A stretch of 64,000 bases of DNA from Magnetococcales bacterium (GCA_015232395.1 JADFZT010000005.1:8298-72297); one strand, 5' to 3'. Positions 9,707-18,929 are shown, counted from the first letter of the stretch. Notes: generated from the letters alone by a model not told the origin. Program-made: numbers and translations.

Positions 9707-11641
9707 TCAGGCCGGATCGGTCACAAGGTGGATGGGGGGAGCGGGAGGGGGAGGCTTGTCGGTATCAAAATGCCACTCCGTTTTGCCGCTGCACGCTTCA
9801 AAAGGGGTAAAGCCGAGTTGGGCATAGTGCTCTTTCACCAGGCCGTTGCGGGGGGTGGGGATGTGGCGGCCTGTGAGGCGCTTGATCCCCAGCGCTCGGG
9901 CTTGGTGCAGGAGCTGGATAAAGAGGGCTTTTTCCACCTGGCGATTGATCACCCGGCAGCTCATGAGCCAGGTGTCGATCTCCCAGTTTGTCTGTTGGCG
10001 GCGGCAGATCACCAGGCTGATCAGGCCGTTGTCGCCAAAGCGATCCGTCAGGCGCATCTGCCAGGTGGTAAAATGGGGATTTTCCATCACGGCACGAATT
10101 TCCGCTTCCGTGCGACGACGGGTGGTGAGATTAAACTGATTGGTTTTGTTGATCAGCTGGGTGATGCGCTGGATCTCCAGGGGGTTGAAGGGGGTTATCT
10201 GGGCGGACATCTGCAGGGCCTGTAAAAAATCATCCAGGGAGCGGGTGGTTTTTTGTAGAGATTGGCGCTTGAGATTGCCCTGATACTGGTGAGTGCGTTG
10301 TTGATCGTCCGCGGTGAAGGCGATCGCCTCAAAATAGCCCCCGGCGTTGATCCAGCGGGGATAGAGGGAGGCATCTTCGGGGAGTTCGGGCACCCCTACC
10401 TGGGGGAGCGCTCCGCGCACCTGGGCCCGCTCTGCGGGGTTGTCGTCGGCCAGCACCAGGGCGTCAAGACCGATGTTGAGGGTGGCGGCGATCTCTTCCA
10501 GGTTGGTGGCCTTGTCCTGCCAATTGGCCACAAAGAGGGCGATGTGCTCCTCCTTCAGGATCATCTCCGGATGGTGGCGAAAAGGCAGAAGGGCGGTCTC
10601 CTGGTCGTTTTTGGAGCAGACCGCCAGAATCACCCCCCGTCTTTGCAGGTTGAGGGCATGGCGCTGCATGGCCACAAAAGCCTCCCCCTCTGCACTTCCC
10701 TGTCCCAGCCGAATCCCTTCCAAACCATCATCCCCGATCACTCCACCCCAGAGGGTGTTGTCCAGATCCAGCACCAGACATTTGCGGCTGCGGCCCCTGA
10801 TCCCGGCAATGAGCCGGGAGAGATGATCGCACGCCAGGGGAATCATCGATTGGGCAAAGGGCATTTTTCCCCAGTGCCACTGCATGGGGTCGAACCAGCT
10901 GTAGAGCCCCACCCCCTCCGCCAGGGAAGCGGTATCGAGAACAAAGCAGCCCTCGGGCGTATGGCGGGTGAGCTGCTGGTTGAAATCCTGGATTTGGCGT
11001 TGCAGGCTTGCGGGGTGGCAGGCATCGAAGCTGCCGAAGAGGGGTTCCGGCGGGGTGGGAATGGTCTCCAGAATGACCGATTTGGCTCCGTGATCGATCA
11101 AATGGTGGTGCAGGGTCTTTAGATGATTCCAAGGGGTGTCGGTGGCTGGTGCATCCGGGGTTTGTGCTGATTCCGAATTGACCGTCGCATTCTTTTCAGG
11201 TGCTGAGAGGGGATCCAAAAAGGGCAGCCCCCGGTGATCCATCTGAATATAGACCCCGTCAGCCCGGGCCTGGTTGAGGGTGGAGCTGGGATCCAAAGCC
11301 TCCTGGGCCAGCTGACCAAAACCGGAGGGGATCACCGTGAGATCAAGGCCGTAGCGCAAACCCGCCCCAGGCAGCGCCCCCGCCAATAGATTCAAGGTGG
11401 CATGACCGGTCACTCCCAGGCGGAAGGGAGTCAAGCCCTTGGGTGTGCCCTGGGCGCGCTGGCGAAGGGCTTGGAGCGTTCGGCCCAGGAGAATCAATTG
11501 GTTGAGGTCCAGGCGATGCTGGGCCAGATGAATCAGCTCACTGCCATCAATCCCTTCTCCCAGCCGCAGCGCTTTGCAGCGGGCCTGAAAATCTGGGGGA
11601 GGCTCGGGGAGCCAGGGCATCTTTGCCATCTCCATGGCCAA
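9707..11641 (-). CDS. FkbH-like HAD-superfamily IIIC phosphatase with a GNAT-like C-terminal domain
   Basis: HAD-IIIC signature 'CLVLDLDNTLWGGVIGDDGLEGIRLG...AVCSKND...VLADDNPAE'. C-terminal region 'FNLTTRRRTE...DRFGDNGLISLVI...SCRVINRQVE'. Confidence 0.8.
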   Translation of the reverse strand: MAMEMAKMPWLPEPPPDFQARCKALRLGEGIDGSELIHLAQHRLDLNQLILLGRTLQALRQRAQGTPKGLTPFRLGVTGHATLNLLAGALPGAGLRYGLDLTVIPSGFGQLAQEALDPSSTLNQARADGVYIQMDHRGLPFLDPLSAPEKNATVNSESAQTPDAPATDTPWNHLKTLHHHLIDHGAKSVILETIPTPPEPLFGSFDACHPASLQRQIQDFNQQLTRHTPEGCFVLDTASLAEGVGLYSWFDPMQWHWGKMPFAQSMIPLACDHLSRLIAGIRGRSRKCLVLDLDNTLWGGVIGDDGLEGIRLGQGSAEGEAFVAMQRHALNLQRRGVILAVCSKNDQETALLPFRHHPEMILKEEHIALFVANWQDKATNLEEIAATLNIGLDALVLADDNPAERAQVRGALPQVGVPELPEDASLYPRWINAGGYFEAIAFTADDQQRTHQYQGNLKRQSLQKTTRSLDDFLQALQMSAQITPFNPLEIQRITQLINKTNQFNLTTRRRTEAEIRAVMENPHFTTWQMRLTDRFGDNGLISLVICRRQQTNWEIDTWLMSCRVINRQVEKALFIQLLHQARALGIKRLTGRHIPTPRNGLVKEHYAQLGFTPFEACSGKTEWHFDTDKPPPPAPPIHLVTDPA

Positions 11642-11655
11642 TCCCTCCTTACGGG

Positions 11656-12702
11656 TCAGGTGGATGATTCAATGGTTTCAGCAGATGCCGTGGAAGCAGC
11701 AGATGCCGCACACATCTCCCGCCGGGCTTGCAGTTCATCGATCAATTGCAGGGTGGGAATCCCATTGGATGGTATCAAAGCATCATGCAGCAAAGGGGCT
11801 TTGGGGTGCAAAAAATCGTGAAAATGATCGCTATGGGCTTGACGTTCATCCTCAAGGGGCAGCCGCTGAATGAAGGGGACGAACTCTGCCAGTTGGTAGA
11901 GATATTCCCGCATGGCCTGGGGATCGTGGCGCATCAGCAGGCCAATGGGTGCGGGGCTCAGCACCACGGTGGGGGTGATGTCGTGGTTGTGGGCGGTGCG
12001 GATGATCTCTCTCAGCTTGTTGTGATAGCGACGTATTTCTGAATTTTTGAGTTTTTTTGTGGCGGGTGGGCAGGGATCGATGGAAAACGTATGGTCCCAG
12101 TGATAGCTGACATTCCCCCGGGTCAAATCATAATCAAAACGGGTTTCAGGAAATGTGCCGGTCAGATCAGCTGCGATCAGGTTGAGGTTGAAGAGAAAGA
12201 CATCGGCATTAAAATAATACTTTACAAACAGATCACTCCAGCCAATAGCCGGATTGATCTCCGGAGGCTCCAGGCGAATGAGGTCGTTGTGATCGTGGGC
12301 ATAGTCGGTGAGGGTGATGTGATCAAAGGAGAGGGGGATCAATATCCGCTCGGGGCGACACCCCCGGGAGAGCAGCCACTCCAGCTTTTTCAGCATGCCG
12401 GTGAGGCTTTCGCCGTTGACGCTGAAGTTATAGGCGCGGGTGTTGAACAGGCGATCAAAATAGCGGCTGTCGTAAAGGGCATCCCGGGAGGTGCCAAAGA
12501 GAATGGCGTCGAATTCCCCGCAGTGCTCCTTTAAATAATTCAGCTTTAAAAATCGGGTGTTGGGCTCAACGGCAGTGGCAAAACGATGCACCTCCCCCTG
12601 GTGCAGCCGGTAGGGATCCATCAGCCAGTTGGTGGTGAGGACTGCGGCGAACAGGAGTGCGATGAGTGCGCTCCACACAACGACATATTTTTTTTCCACC
12701 AT
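11656..12702 (-). CDS. Hypothetical membrane-anchored protein (single N-terminal TM; possibly SGNH/DltD-like)
   Basis: 348-aa ORF 14 bp upstream of the FkbH-like gene. TM helix 'VVVWSALIALLFAAVLTTNWL'. The 'ILFGTSRD' segment only loosely resembles an SGNH/DltD block I motif. Confidence 0.5.
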   Translation of the reverse strand: MVEKKYVVVWSALIALLFAAVLTTNWLMDPYRLHQGEVHRFATAVEPNTRFLKLNYLKEHCGEFDAILFGTSRDALYDSRYFDRLFNTRAYNFSVNGESLTGMLKKLEWLLSRGCRPERILIPLSFDHITLTDYAHDHNDLIRLEPPEINPAIGWSDLFVKYYFNADVFLFNLNLIAADLTGTFPETRFDYDLTRGNVSYHWDHTFSIDPCPPATKKLKNSEIRRYHNKLREIIRTAHNHDITPTVVLSPAPIGLLMRHDPQAMREYLYQLAEFVPFIQRLPLEDERQAHSDHFHDFLHPKAPLLHDALIPSNGIPTLQLIDELQARREMCAASAASTASAETIESST

Positions 12703-12707
12703 GGGGC

Positions 12708-13772
12708 CTATCTCCTCCCTGACGATGAATCGGCAGGGGGCTGGTAAACCAAGCGAAAACCGATGCCGTTATCGTGTTCACCGGCATGGGCGCTGTTGCG
12801 GTTGGCGCAGCGCAACCAGCGACCGATCCCTTTCCAGGAGCCCCCCCGGATAACCCGGCTTCCCCCTGCGGATGTTTCATCGCAGTCGTTACAGGGGTTT
12901 TTTTGGGTGGCCACCTCCTGGCCATAAAATCCTTCGTCATAGCGATCCCCCAACCACTCCCAGACATTGCCGTGGAGGTCATGGAGCCCAAAGGTGTTGG
13001 CTGGAAACGATCCCACCGGTGTGGGGCTTGGGCGTTGGATCTCCTTGGGAGCGTTGTCATAGGGGTGCTGGCCGTTAAAATTGGCCTGGGTTTGGGCGCT
13101 GATGGTTTTGCCAAAATGAAAGGGGGTGGTGGAGCCTCCCCGGCAGGCATACTCCCATTGGGCTTCGGAGGGGAGGTGAAAGGTGCCGGGATTTCGTTGG
13201 GAGAGCCACTGGGCAAAAGCTTGCGCCCCGTGCCAGCTGACATCGGTCATGGGGCCTCCTTCCTGGCCGCTGATGACACCAAAACGCCCCATGCCGCCGA
13301 TGATGTGGTGTTGGACGTCGCGTTTTTTGCCCAGGGTGGCAAACCACGGTTTGTCCTTGGGATTTTTTCGTCCTATCAGGTTGAGAAAGAGGATAAATTG
13401 GCTGTTGGTCACTTCGTGCTGACCCATCCAGAAGGGATCCAGACAAACCTCGTGCACCGGCTGCTCATCATCTTCCCGGCCTGCTTCGGAGTAGGGGGCG
13501 CTACCCATGGCAAAGCAGCCGCCGGGGAGAGAAACGAAGCCCATGCCGGTTGTTGGTTCAATCCAGTTTTTGTCAGCTGACCGGGGGGAGGTGGGGGCTA
13601 AAGTGGATGATGTTTTGCGTGGTGCCGACTCCTGGAAATTTGAGGTTGCCAGGGCGCTTGCCGTGAAGGCAGGCAGGAGGCCAAGCCCCCCCCAAAGCAG
13701 GATTCCCACGAGTCGCATCACCTGCCGCCTCCTCTGTTGCGGATTATCCATCATGGCTTTTGAAAGACGCAT
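12708..13772 (-). CDS. Formylglycine-generating-enzyme (SUMF1/FGE) family protein, secreted
   Basis: N-terminal signal/TM 'LVGILLWGGLGLLPAFTASALA'. FGE-sulfatase motifs 'EAQWEYACRGGSTTPF', 'GLHDLHGNVWEWLGDRY' and 'RVIRGGSW...GFRLV'. Confidence 0.85.
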   Translation of the reverse strand: MRLSKAMMDNPQQRRRQVMRLVGILLWGGLGLLPAFTASALATSNFQESAPRKTSSTLAPTSPRSADKNWIEPTTGMGFVSLPGGCFAMGSAPYSEAGREDDEQPVHEVCLDPFWMGQHEVTNSQFILFLNLIGRKNPKDKPWFATLGKKRDVQHHIIGGMGRFGVISGQEGGPMTDVSWHGAQAFAQWLSQRNPGTFHLPSEAQWEYACRGGSTTPFHFGKTISAQTQANFNGQHPYDNAPKEIQRPSPTPVGSFPANTFGLHDLHGNVWEWLGDRYDEGFYGQEVATQKNPCNDCDETSAGGSRVIRGGSWKGIGRWLRCANRNSAHAGEHDNGIGFRLVYQPPADSSSGRR

Positions 13773-13970
13773 CAGTGGTCATGTCACGGCTCCCCAGGGT
13801 ATTAAATTTTAGTCAGATGTAGCCAGCCGACCAATGGGAAATTTGAGCACGATCAGGGGCAATTCTTCAAGAGTTGATAGACACTCTTTTTTGATAACCT
13901 CCCCGCTGGGTGAGTGGTTTTTGTTCTTGGGGATGGCGGCTCCAGGCTCGGGAGTATCCTGCAAGTGGCG

Positions 13971-14218
13971 TATATAGCACTTCTATCTCAAAATTGGACA
14001 CTCTTCCCTGACTCGTCATCCCCGCGAAGGCGGGGATCCAGGGAGTTGATGATTGCCCTCAAGGAAAAACCAAATCTTCAAGAAAGGCCGGTATTTTGCT
14101 GAAAGTGATGCAAGATTTGGAAAAGGTTTGCGCCAGACTCCCTGGATTCCCGCATTCGCGAGAATGACGGTAAAAATGCAACGGCATATGTCCAATTCTT
14201 GATTTGAATGGCTATATA
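13971..14218. repeat. MITE-like element, copy A (about 248 bp, imperfect ~75-bp terminal inverted repeats)
   Basis: The ends TATATAGC...AATTGGACA...CGTCATCCCCGCGAAGGCGGGGATCCAGGG and CCCTGGATTCCCGCATTCGCGAGAATGACG...TGTCCAATT...GCTATATA are reverse complements of each other. Each arm also contains its own 8-bp hairpin. The element abuts the stop codon of the methyltransferase gene. Confidence 0.7.
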
Positions 14219-14221
14219 AGT

Positions 14222-15175
14222 TTATCCAGGCCGTCTGGCAATCACCACACAGGAGATGAGCATTTTTCGTTTCAGGGCCTGCTCCAGGGTAAAACCGGTC
14301 GCGGGAAATTGACGGGTGATTTCGATCTCAAAGCCTGCCCCGGCCACCAGGGAAGTGACCCCTTCCAGATCATGAAGTTGATAGATGTGGTCTGGGGCCG
14401 GGCTGTTGACCGGCAGGCCGACAAACAGGCGGCCACCGGGTTTTAGCACCGAGTAGAGATGTCTTAGGGCCTTTTCGGGGTGCTCCAGATGTTCCAAAAC
14501 TTCGTTGATGGTGAGGGTGTCGAAGGGCTCATCAATGGGGGGAAGGGGCGCTTGGATATCCCGTTCAAGCAGGGGCGGGGGTTGGTCGAGGCCCAGGCTT
14601 TTGAGAGCGTTTCGGGTCATGTCGAGACTGGTGGCGCTGATATCCCACCCTTCGGCCTGGTGGCAGCGTGGGTCGGCGGCGGCCAGATGGAGATAAAAAC
14701 CGTGTCCGGGCCCCACCTCCAGATGGCGAAAAGGGGTGGGTGCCAGAGCCAAAAAATCCCGCTCAAAGCTCAAACGGGAATGGACATGATTGCTGAAGAG
14801 CACCCCGGAAAGCAGCAACCCACGCATATAGAGGGTCATCTTTTCCCGGTCGCTGTAGAGATCCTGCTGCACCTGGGCGAAGGAACTCAATCGATAGCGC
14901 CCGGTACGACGAAAGTGGAGCTCCTCTTCCAAAAACCGATCGCACATCCAGCGATAGCCCTGGATGAAGGGGGTCAGATCTGGGCCACTCAAGCGCAGGA
15001 CAGCATCTGCCTGGGAGAGAAGATGGGGCCAATCTCGGGCTTCATAGCGGTCAAACCCCCGCTGCAAAAAAGGGGCGTGCTCGGGCCAGATGGCGAGCAG
15101 TTGGGTGAGAATGGTCTCCAGAGATTTGGCTTCCGGGGCCGATAGACGGGATTGCAGTTCAGGGGAGAAGGCCAT
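14222..15175 (-). CDS. Class I SAM-dependent methyltransferase
   Basis: Motif I 'HLEVGPGHGFY', plus 'INEVLEHLEHPEKALRHLYSVLKPGGRLFVGLP'. Confidence 0.8.
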   Translation of the reverse strand: MAFSPELQSRLSAPEAKSLETILTQLLAIWPEHAPFLQRGFDRYEARDWPHLLSQADAVLRLSGPDLTPFIQGYRWMCDRFLEEELHFRRTGRYRLSSFAQVQQDLYSDREKMTLYMRGLLLSGVLFSNHVHSRLSFERDFLALAPTPFRHLEVGPGHGFYLHLAAADPRCHQAEGWDISATSLDMTRNALKSLGLDQPPPLLERDIQAPLPPIDEPFDTLTINEVLEHLEHPEKALRHLYSVLKPGGRLFVGLPVNSPAPDHIYQLHDLEGVTSLVAGAGFEIEITRQFPATGFTLEQALKRKMLISCVVIARRPG

Positions 15176-15241
15176 GGCGCTTTCCTGCCGGGGTGGGCCG
15201 TGAAGAGTGAAATGAAGGGGACGGTTCCTGGCTGGAAAGGG

Positions 15242-15664
15242 TCATGCCGGGTCAGTGCATTGCAGCAGTTCGATCACCCCAAAGCCCGCCACCATGAAAA
15301 AGGCCACCAAACGGTGATCGAAGAGGATGGCGGGTTTGGGGGGGGCGAGGGGCAGCAACCGATTGCCAGCGGCTTCCAGTTCAGCCACAGCGGCTTCGAT
15401 AGAGGCCACCTCATAGCAGGTGTGGTAGATGTGGCTGCGGTTTTTTTTAATGAGAGCATCAATGGGGGAAGGCTCCTCGCCGGGGGAGATGATCTCCACA
15501 TCCGGCATCACCTCCGAGCGGCCCCAGCTGAGATGGACCTTTTGCAAGGGATCCCAGATCGTCTCCCCGAAACGGTAGCCGAGCCCGGTCAAAAACCGTT
15601 GGGCCTCCTCCGGTGTGGGAGTGGCCAGCCCCAGATGGTGAAAGGTTAGCTGGATATCAGCCAT
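15242..15664 (-). CDS. VOC (glyoxalase/bleomycin-resistance/epimerase) family protein
   Basis: 140 aa. 'FHHLGLATPTPEEAQRF...GY' and 'IYHTCYEV...IEAAVAELEAAG' resemble the paired beta-alpha-beta-beta-beta VOC modules. Confidence 0.65.
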   Translation of the reverse strand: MADIQLTFHHLGLATPTPEEAQRFLTGLGYRFGETIWDPLQKVHLSWGRSEVMPDVEIISPGEEPSPIDALIKKNRSHIYHTCYEVASIEAAVAELEAAGNRLLPLAPPKPAILFDHRLVAFFMVAGFGVIELLQCTDPA

Positions 15665-15693
15665 GCCTGCTCCTCAATGACGCCTTGGGTGTT

Positions 15694-15895
15694 GATATGG
15701 CAGTTCTATTTAAAAGTTGGACATGCTCTTCTGATTCGTCATCCCCGCGAAGGCGGGGATCCAGAAAGTCCAGCACAAATGTTTCCTGATTTTGCGTTAC
15801 TTTTAGCCCGCGTCAGGCGTCTTATAAGAATAATAAAGTTTCTTTTGAGTACAAACTTTACCTCCCCTGGATTCCCGCTTTCGCGGGAATGACAC
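15694..15895. repeat. MITE-like element, copy B (same orientation as copy A; right end degenerate)
   Basis: The left arm 'GATATGGCAGTTCTATTTAAAAGTTGGACATGCTCTTCTGATTCGTCATCCCCGCGAAGGCGGGGATCCAG' aligns with the left arm of copy A. The right arm 'CTGGATTCCCGCTTTCGCGGGAATGAC' matches the right-arm core of copy A. It lies 30 bp upstream of the VOC start. Confidence 0.65.
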
Positions 15896-15989
15896 CTCAA
15901 GGGGGGGACTGATTTTCAGTTGAAATTACAACATCAAAGCACAGTCTCTCGAATTCAGTGGGGCCAGGGTGGATGCTGCGGTCATGGCA

Positions 15990-17687
15990 TCAGCTGGGCG
16001 GTTGACTGTCTGCATGTTCTGTTTCCAACAGCCGCCGGGTCATGTGTAGACGCACTTCGGCCCGTTCGGTGAGTTGATGAAAGAGATGGTGGGGACCGGT
16101 CGCCTTGGCCACCCGCTCCTGGAGATCTTCTTTCACCTCACCATAAAGATCCAGCAGACGGGCGTCGAATTTTTCCAGGGCGCGTAACAGGGGATCCTTG
16201 CGGTGGCGGGCGAGAACCACCTCGGGCGTTTCATTCAGCACGTTGCCAAGGGCGATATGAATGGCGGAAAAGAGGGTCACCAAACCATCGTGGCGCACCA
16301 TGAGATCGGTATCAAAGGGTTCCTGGGCTCCTCCCCCCCGGCTGAGAATTTCTTCCAGCCAGATTTTTTCCGCGACATATTCACTGGGATCCAAAAACGC
16401 TGCCCGGCCATAGGCGTCGATGGTGGAACTCATCAGGTGAATGGGTGAATCCGGATGGCTGGTGAGTACAAAGATCGCATCCCGCAGCACGGCGCCTTGG
16501 TGGCTGGGGTCTGTCGGATGGGCTTTTTGTCGCTGGGAGGGGGCGGTGGAGAGTACCTGAATCTGCAAACCCCGCTGCCCAAGCTCACGAGCCAGACGGG
16601 CAAACACCCCTTTGCGAAAGAGATCGTTGGAAAAATTGAGGAGGTTTTGCTTGTGCAGCAAACTCACCCGCACCTGGGGATAGAGGGGAGCGCACTGGAC
16701 GATATTGGCGATATGGCTGACCGGTATTTTTTCCTTGAGCACCCCTTTGCGGTTGGCGGTAATCTCCTGATGAAACTCATCGAAGCTGATTTGCAGCGCC
16801 ACCGTGGCCGGGGCAAAGTGGGCCGGGCGGCTTTGGATGGCCTGCTGGAGGGCTGCGAAAATCTCCTGGGTGTGGCCGATGGTGTCGGCAAACGCCCCAT
16901 TCAGCAAAATCGCAAAGGTAGTGATGCGATCCATGGTCCGCACCGCTTTTTCGAATCCAGCCAGCTCTCCCGTCAGATCCCCACCGGTAAAAAGGACATT
17001 TTCAGTGAGGGTGTTCACCCAGGTCATCAGGGGGGATGGATCGGGGTGCTCTTTCAGAGGGGGGCGCCAGACAAACATGCAGTGGCGGCACCCTTGGGTG
17101 CAGGCCATGGCAGGGATGAGGCCGAGTTTGGCAAAGGGGAGGGGGGGATCGAGGGGGGCGGGCAGGGCATCGATGAGGGTCAGGCGTTCTTGATCCTGGC
17201 TGCCCAAAATTTCCCGAAAGATGTTTTTTTGCTCTTTTTGGCTGCGGCGTACCGCAGACTGAAAGGGCTCCTTAAAATAGCCCAGCTCCCGCCAGGCGGT
17301 GAGAATTCCCTGGGTGGTTTTTGCTGGATCTCCATCATGGTGGACCAGCCACTGCCGGACCTCCTCGATCCGGGGGTCGGGATCCTCTTGCTGGAGCCAA
17401 TGTTCCAGATAGCGGCGGACGAACTGGCCGGGGGTGGCGGTTTTGAGCAGGAGGGGGATGAGATAGTGGTGTTCGGGATTGCGGGAAAGCCCGGCGACCT
17501 CTTGCCGATAGTTTTCGTGGACGTGGGTGGTGAGCCAGTTCCAGGCAAAGAGATAGCCGAAAAGATGGCTCTCCCCCCCCCGGGAAGCCAGATCCCGGTT
17601 GCAGCGATTGACCGCCGCCTTGAATCCCCGCTGTTTGGTGGCGACATACTCTTTTTCCAGAGGCGAGGATGGAGGGCGTTCAGACAT
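15990..17687 (-). CDS. Atypical radical SAM domain protein with a ~195-aa N-terminal extension
   Basis: CX3CX2C cluster motif 'AMACTQGCRHCMF' at about residue 196, followed by 'VLFTGGDLTG' (GGE-like SAM-binding motif). There is no C-terminal Cys-rich (SPASM-type) region. Confidence 0.6.
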   Translation of the reverse strand: MSERPPSSPLEKEYVATKQRGFKAAVNRCNRDLASRGGESHLFGYLFAWNWLTTHVHENYRQEVAGLSRNPEHHYLIPLLLKTATPGQFVRRYLEHWLQQEDPDPRIEEVRQWLVHHDGDPAKTTQGILTAWRELGYFKEPFQSAVRRSQKEQKNIFREILGSQDQERLTLIDALPAPLDPPLPFAKLGLIPAMACTQGCRHCMFVWRPPLKEHPDPSPLMTWVNTLTENVLFTGGDLTGELAGFEKAVRTMDRITTFAILLNGAFADTIGHTQEIFAALQQAIQSRPAHFAPATVALQISFDEFHQEITANRKGVLKEKIPVSHIANIVQCAPLYPQVRVSLLHKQNLLNFSNDLFRKGVFARLARELGQRGLQIQVLSTAPSQRQKAHPTDPSHQGAVLRDAIFVLTSHPDSPIHLMSSTIDAYGRAAFLDPSEYVAEKIWLEEILSRGGGAQEPFDTDLMVRHDGLVTLFSAIHIALGNVLNETPEVVLARHRKDPLLRALEKFDARLLDLYGEVKEDLQERVAKATGPHHLFHQLTERAEVRLHMTRRLLETEHADSQPPS

Positions 17688-17792
17688 GGGCCAATCAATG
17701 GACTCGAAGGAATTTCCGATGGTTGATTCATCGGTTGCAGGATCTATTCAATATTCAAGTCAGAGTAGTTCACCTGGGGTAAATTGTAAATA

Positions 17793-18929
17793 TCAGCGGT
17801 CGGTATGGTCAAACCAGGCCCAGGAGAGGAGAAACCAGATCCACAACAGCGGCTGCATGATAAGATCGAAGAGGGGATGACAGAGGATCGGGCGCAACCA
17901 GCGGTCATGGAGCTGCAACCAGAATCCCTGGTCAGGCGTGGTGTCCCCATTGTCAGAGGGGGCTCCCCAGGGGGGTGTCACATCCAAAAAAAAGAACAGC
18001 TGCCAAGCGGAACAGCTGGCATATCGGCTACACCCCCGCCATCTGAAAAAGGCGGTTTTGATCCCGGCCTCTCGATTCAGGCGCTGGATGAGCGCGAAAA
18101 AAGGGGCAAGCTTGAGGGGACCGGCACGCTGTTGTTGCCGGTAAAGCCTGGGAGCGGCGTCGAAAAAATCCTGGAACCCGATGGCGTTGGAGGCCATGAT
18201 CAAGGCGTTGAGAATTTGGCGCCGGGCCAACCCTTCGCTCTCAAAACGCCGGGCTGAGGTGGTGAGGGTGCCGGGGAGGGTGATCCAGTGGCCCTTCTCG
18301 CGGATTTTGGCAGCCAGCCGTTGATCTTCCAGAAAGGGCAGGGAGCCATCAAACCCCCCCAGCTCCTGAAACCAGGCTTTTGCAAGCAACAGTCCCTGGT
18401 CACCATTGGTGCAGTCCGGGCGGTTCAAGGCGCTTTTCAGCTCATAATAGCGATATCCCCGGGAGCGGCCTTCAGGGGAGCCCTGATGCTGGAATCGAAT
18501 GGCAAAGTGGCCCGCTATCCGGTGGTGCCCCTGGTGCTTGCGGTTTTGGTCGAGGGTTGCCAGGGCGCGCTTAAGTTGTGACACTTGGGTGAGGGTCGAG
18601 TCGGCATGGAGGAAGAGCAGATCCTTGCCTCGGGCTGATTGTGCCGCCCGATTCATCTGGTTTGCGCGCCCGGGGGGGGCTGGCACCCAGATTGCTCTGC
18701 CCCTGCGAGCGGCTTCCCGGGTTTGATCCTGTGAGCCGCCATCCGCTACCAAAATCTCCATGGGCGGGGGGGTGTTTTTCAGCTGGGTCGTCTTCTGAAG
18801 TAGTTCAGCTGCTTGCCAAAGTTGCTCCAGAAGTTTTGGGAGCGTGCCGGATTCGTTGAGAGTCGGTATGATGACGGAAAGCCTGGGGGGGGCATTTTCT
18901 TGGAAGGGGCGCGTCACAATCGCCTCCAA
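17793..18929 (-). CDS. Family 2 glycosyltransferase with a C-terminal membrane extension
   Basis: 'LSVIIPTLNESGTL', 'ILVADGGSQDQT', 'GRANQMNRAA' and 'LLFLHADSTL'. As I recall, this pattern is like the rSAM-associated GT2 subfamily. The C-terminal ~110 aa are hydrophobic and Trp-rich. Confidence 0.75.
   Translation of the reverse strand: MEAIVTRPFQENAPPRLSVIIPTLNESGTLPKLLEQLWQAAELLQKTTQLKNTPPPMEILVADGGSQDQTREAARRGRAIWVPAPPGRANQMNRAAQSARGKDLLFLHADSTLTQVSQLKRALATLDQNRKHQGHHRIAGHFAIRFQHQGSPEGRSRGYRYYELKSALNRPDCTNGDQGLLLAKAWFQELGGFDGSLPFLEDQRLAAKIREKGHWITLPGTLTTSARRFESEGLARRQILNALIMASNAIGFQDFFDAAPRLYRQQQRAGPLKLAPFFALIQRLNREAGIKTAFFRWRGCSRYASCSAWQLFFFLDVTPPWGAPSDNGDTTPDQGFWLQLHDRWLRPILCHPLFDLIMQPLLWIWFLLSWAWFDHTDR

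Noticed and set aside
13914-14102. 62-aa ORF ('SSPRRRGSRELM') inside MITE copy A, and the 71-aa ORF at 15677-15892 inside copy B
   Set aside because: These frames run through the repeat hairpins. Such tiny ORFs are by-products of the repeat sequence.
16455-17726. 423-aa plus-strand ORF opposite the radical SAM gene
   Set aside because: Gly-rich low-complexity translation. The minus frame contains the CX3CX2C/GGD motifs and continues the single-strand operon organisation.
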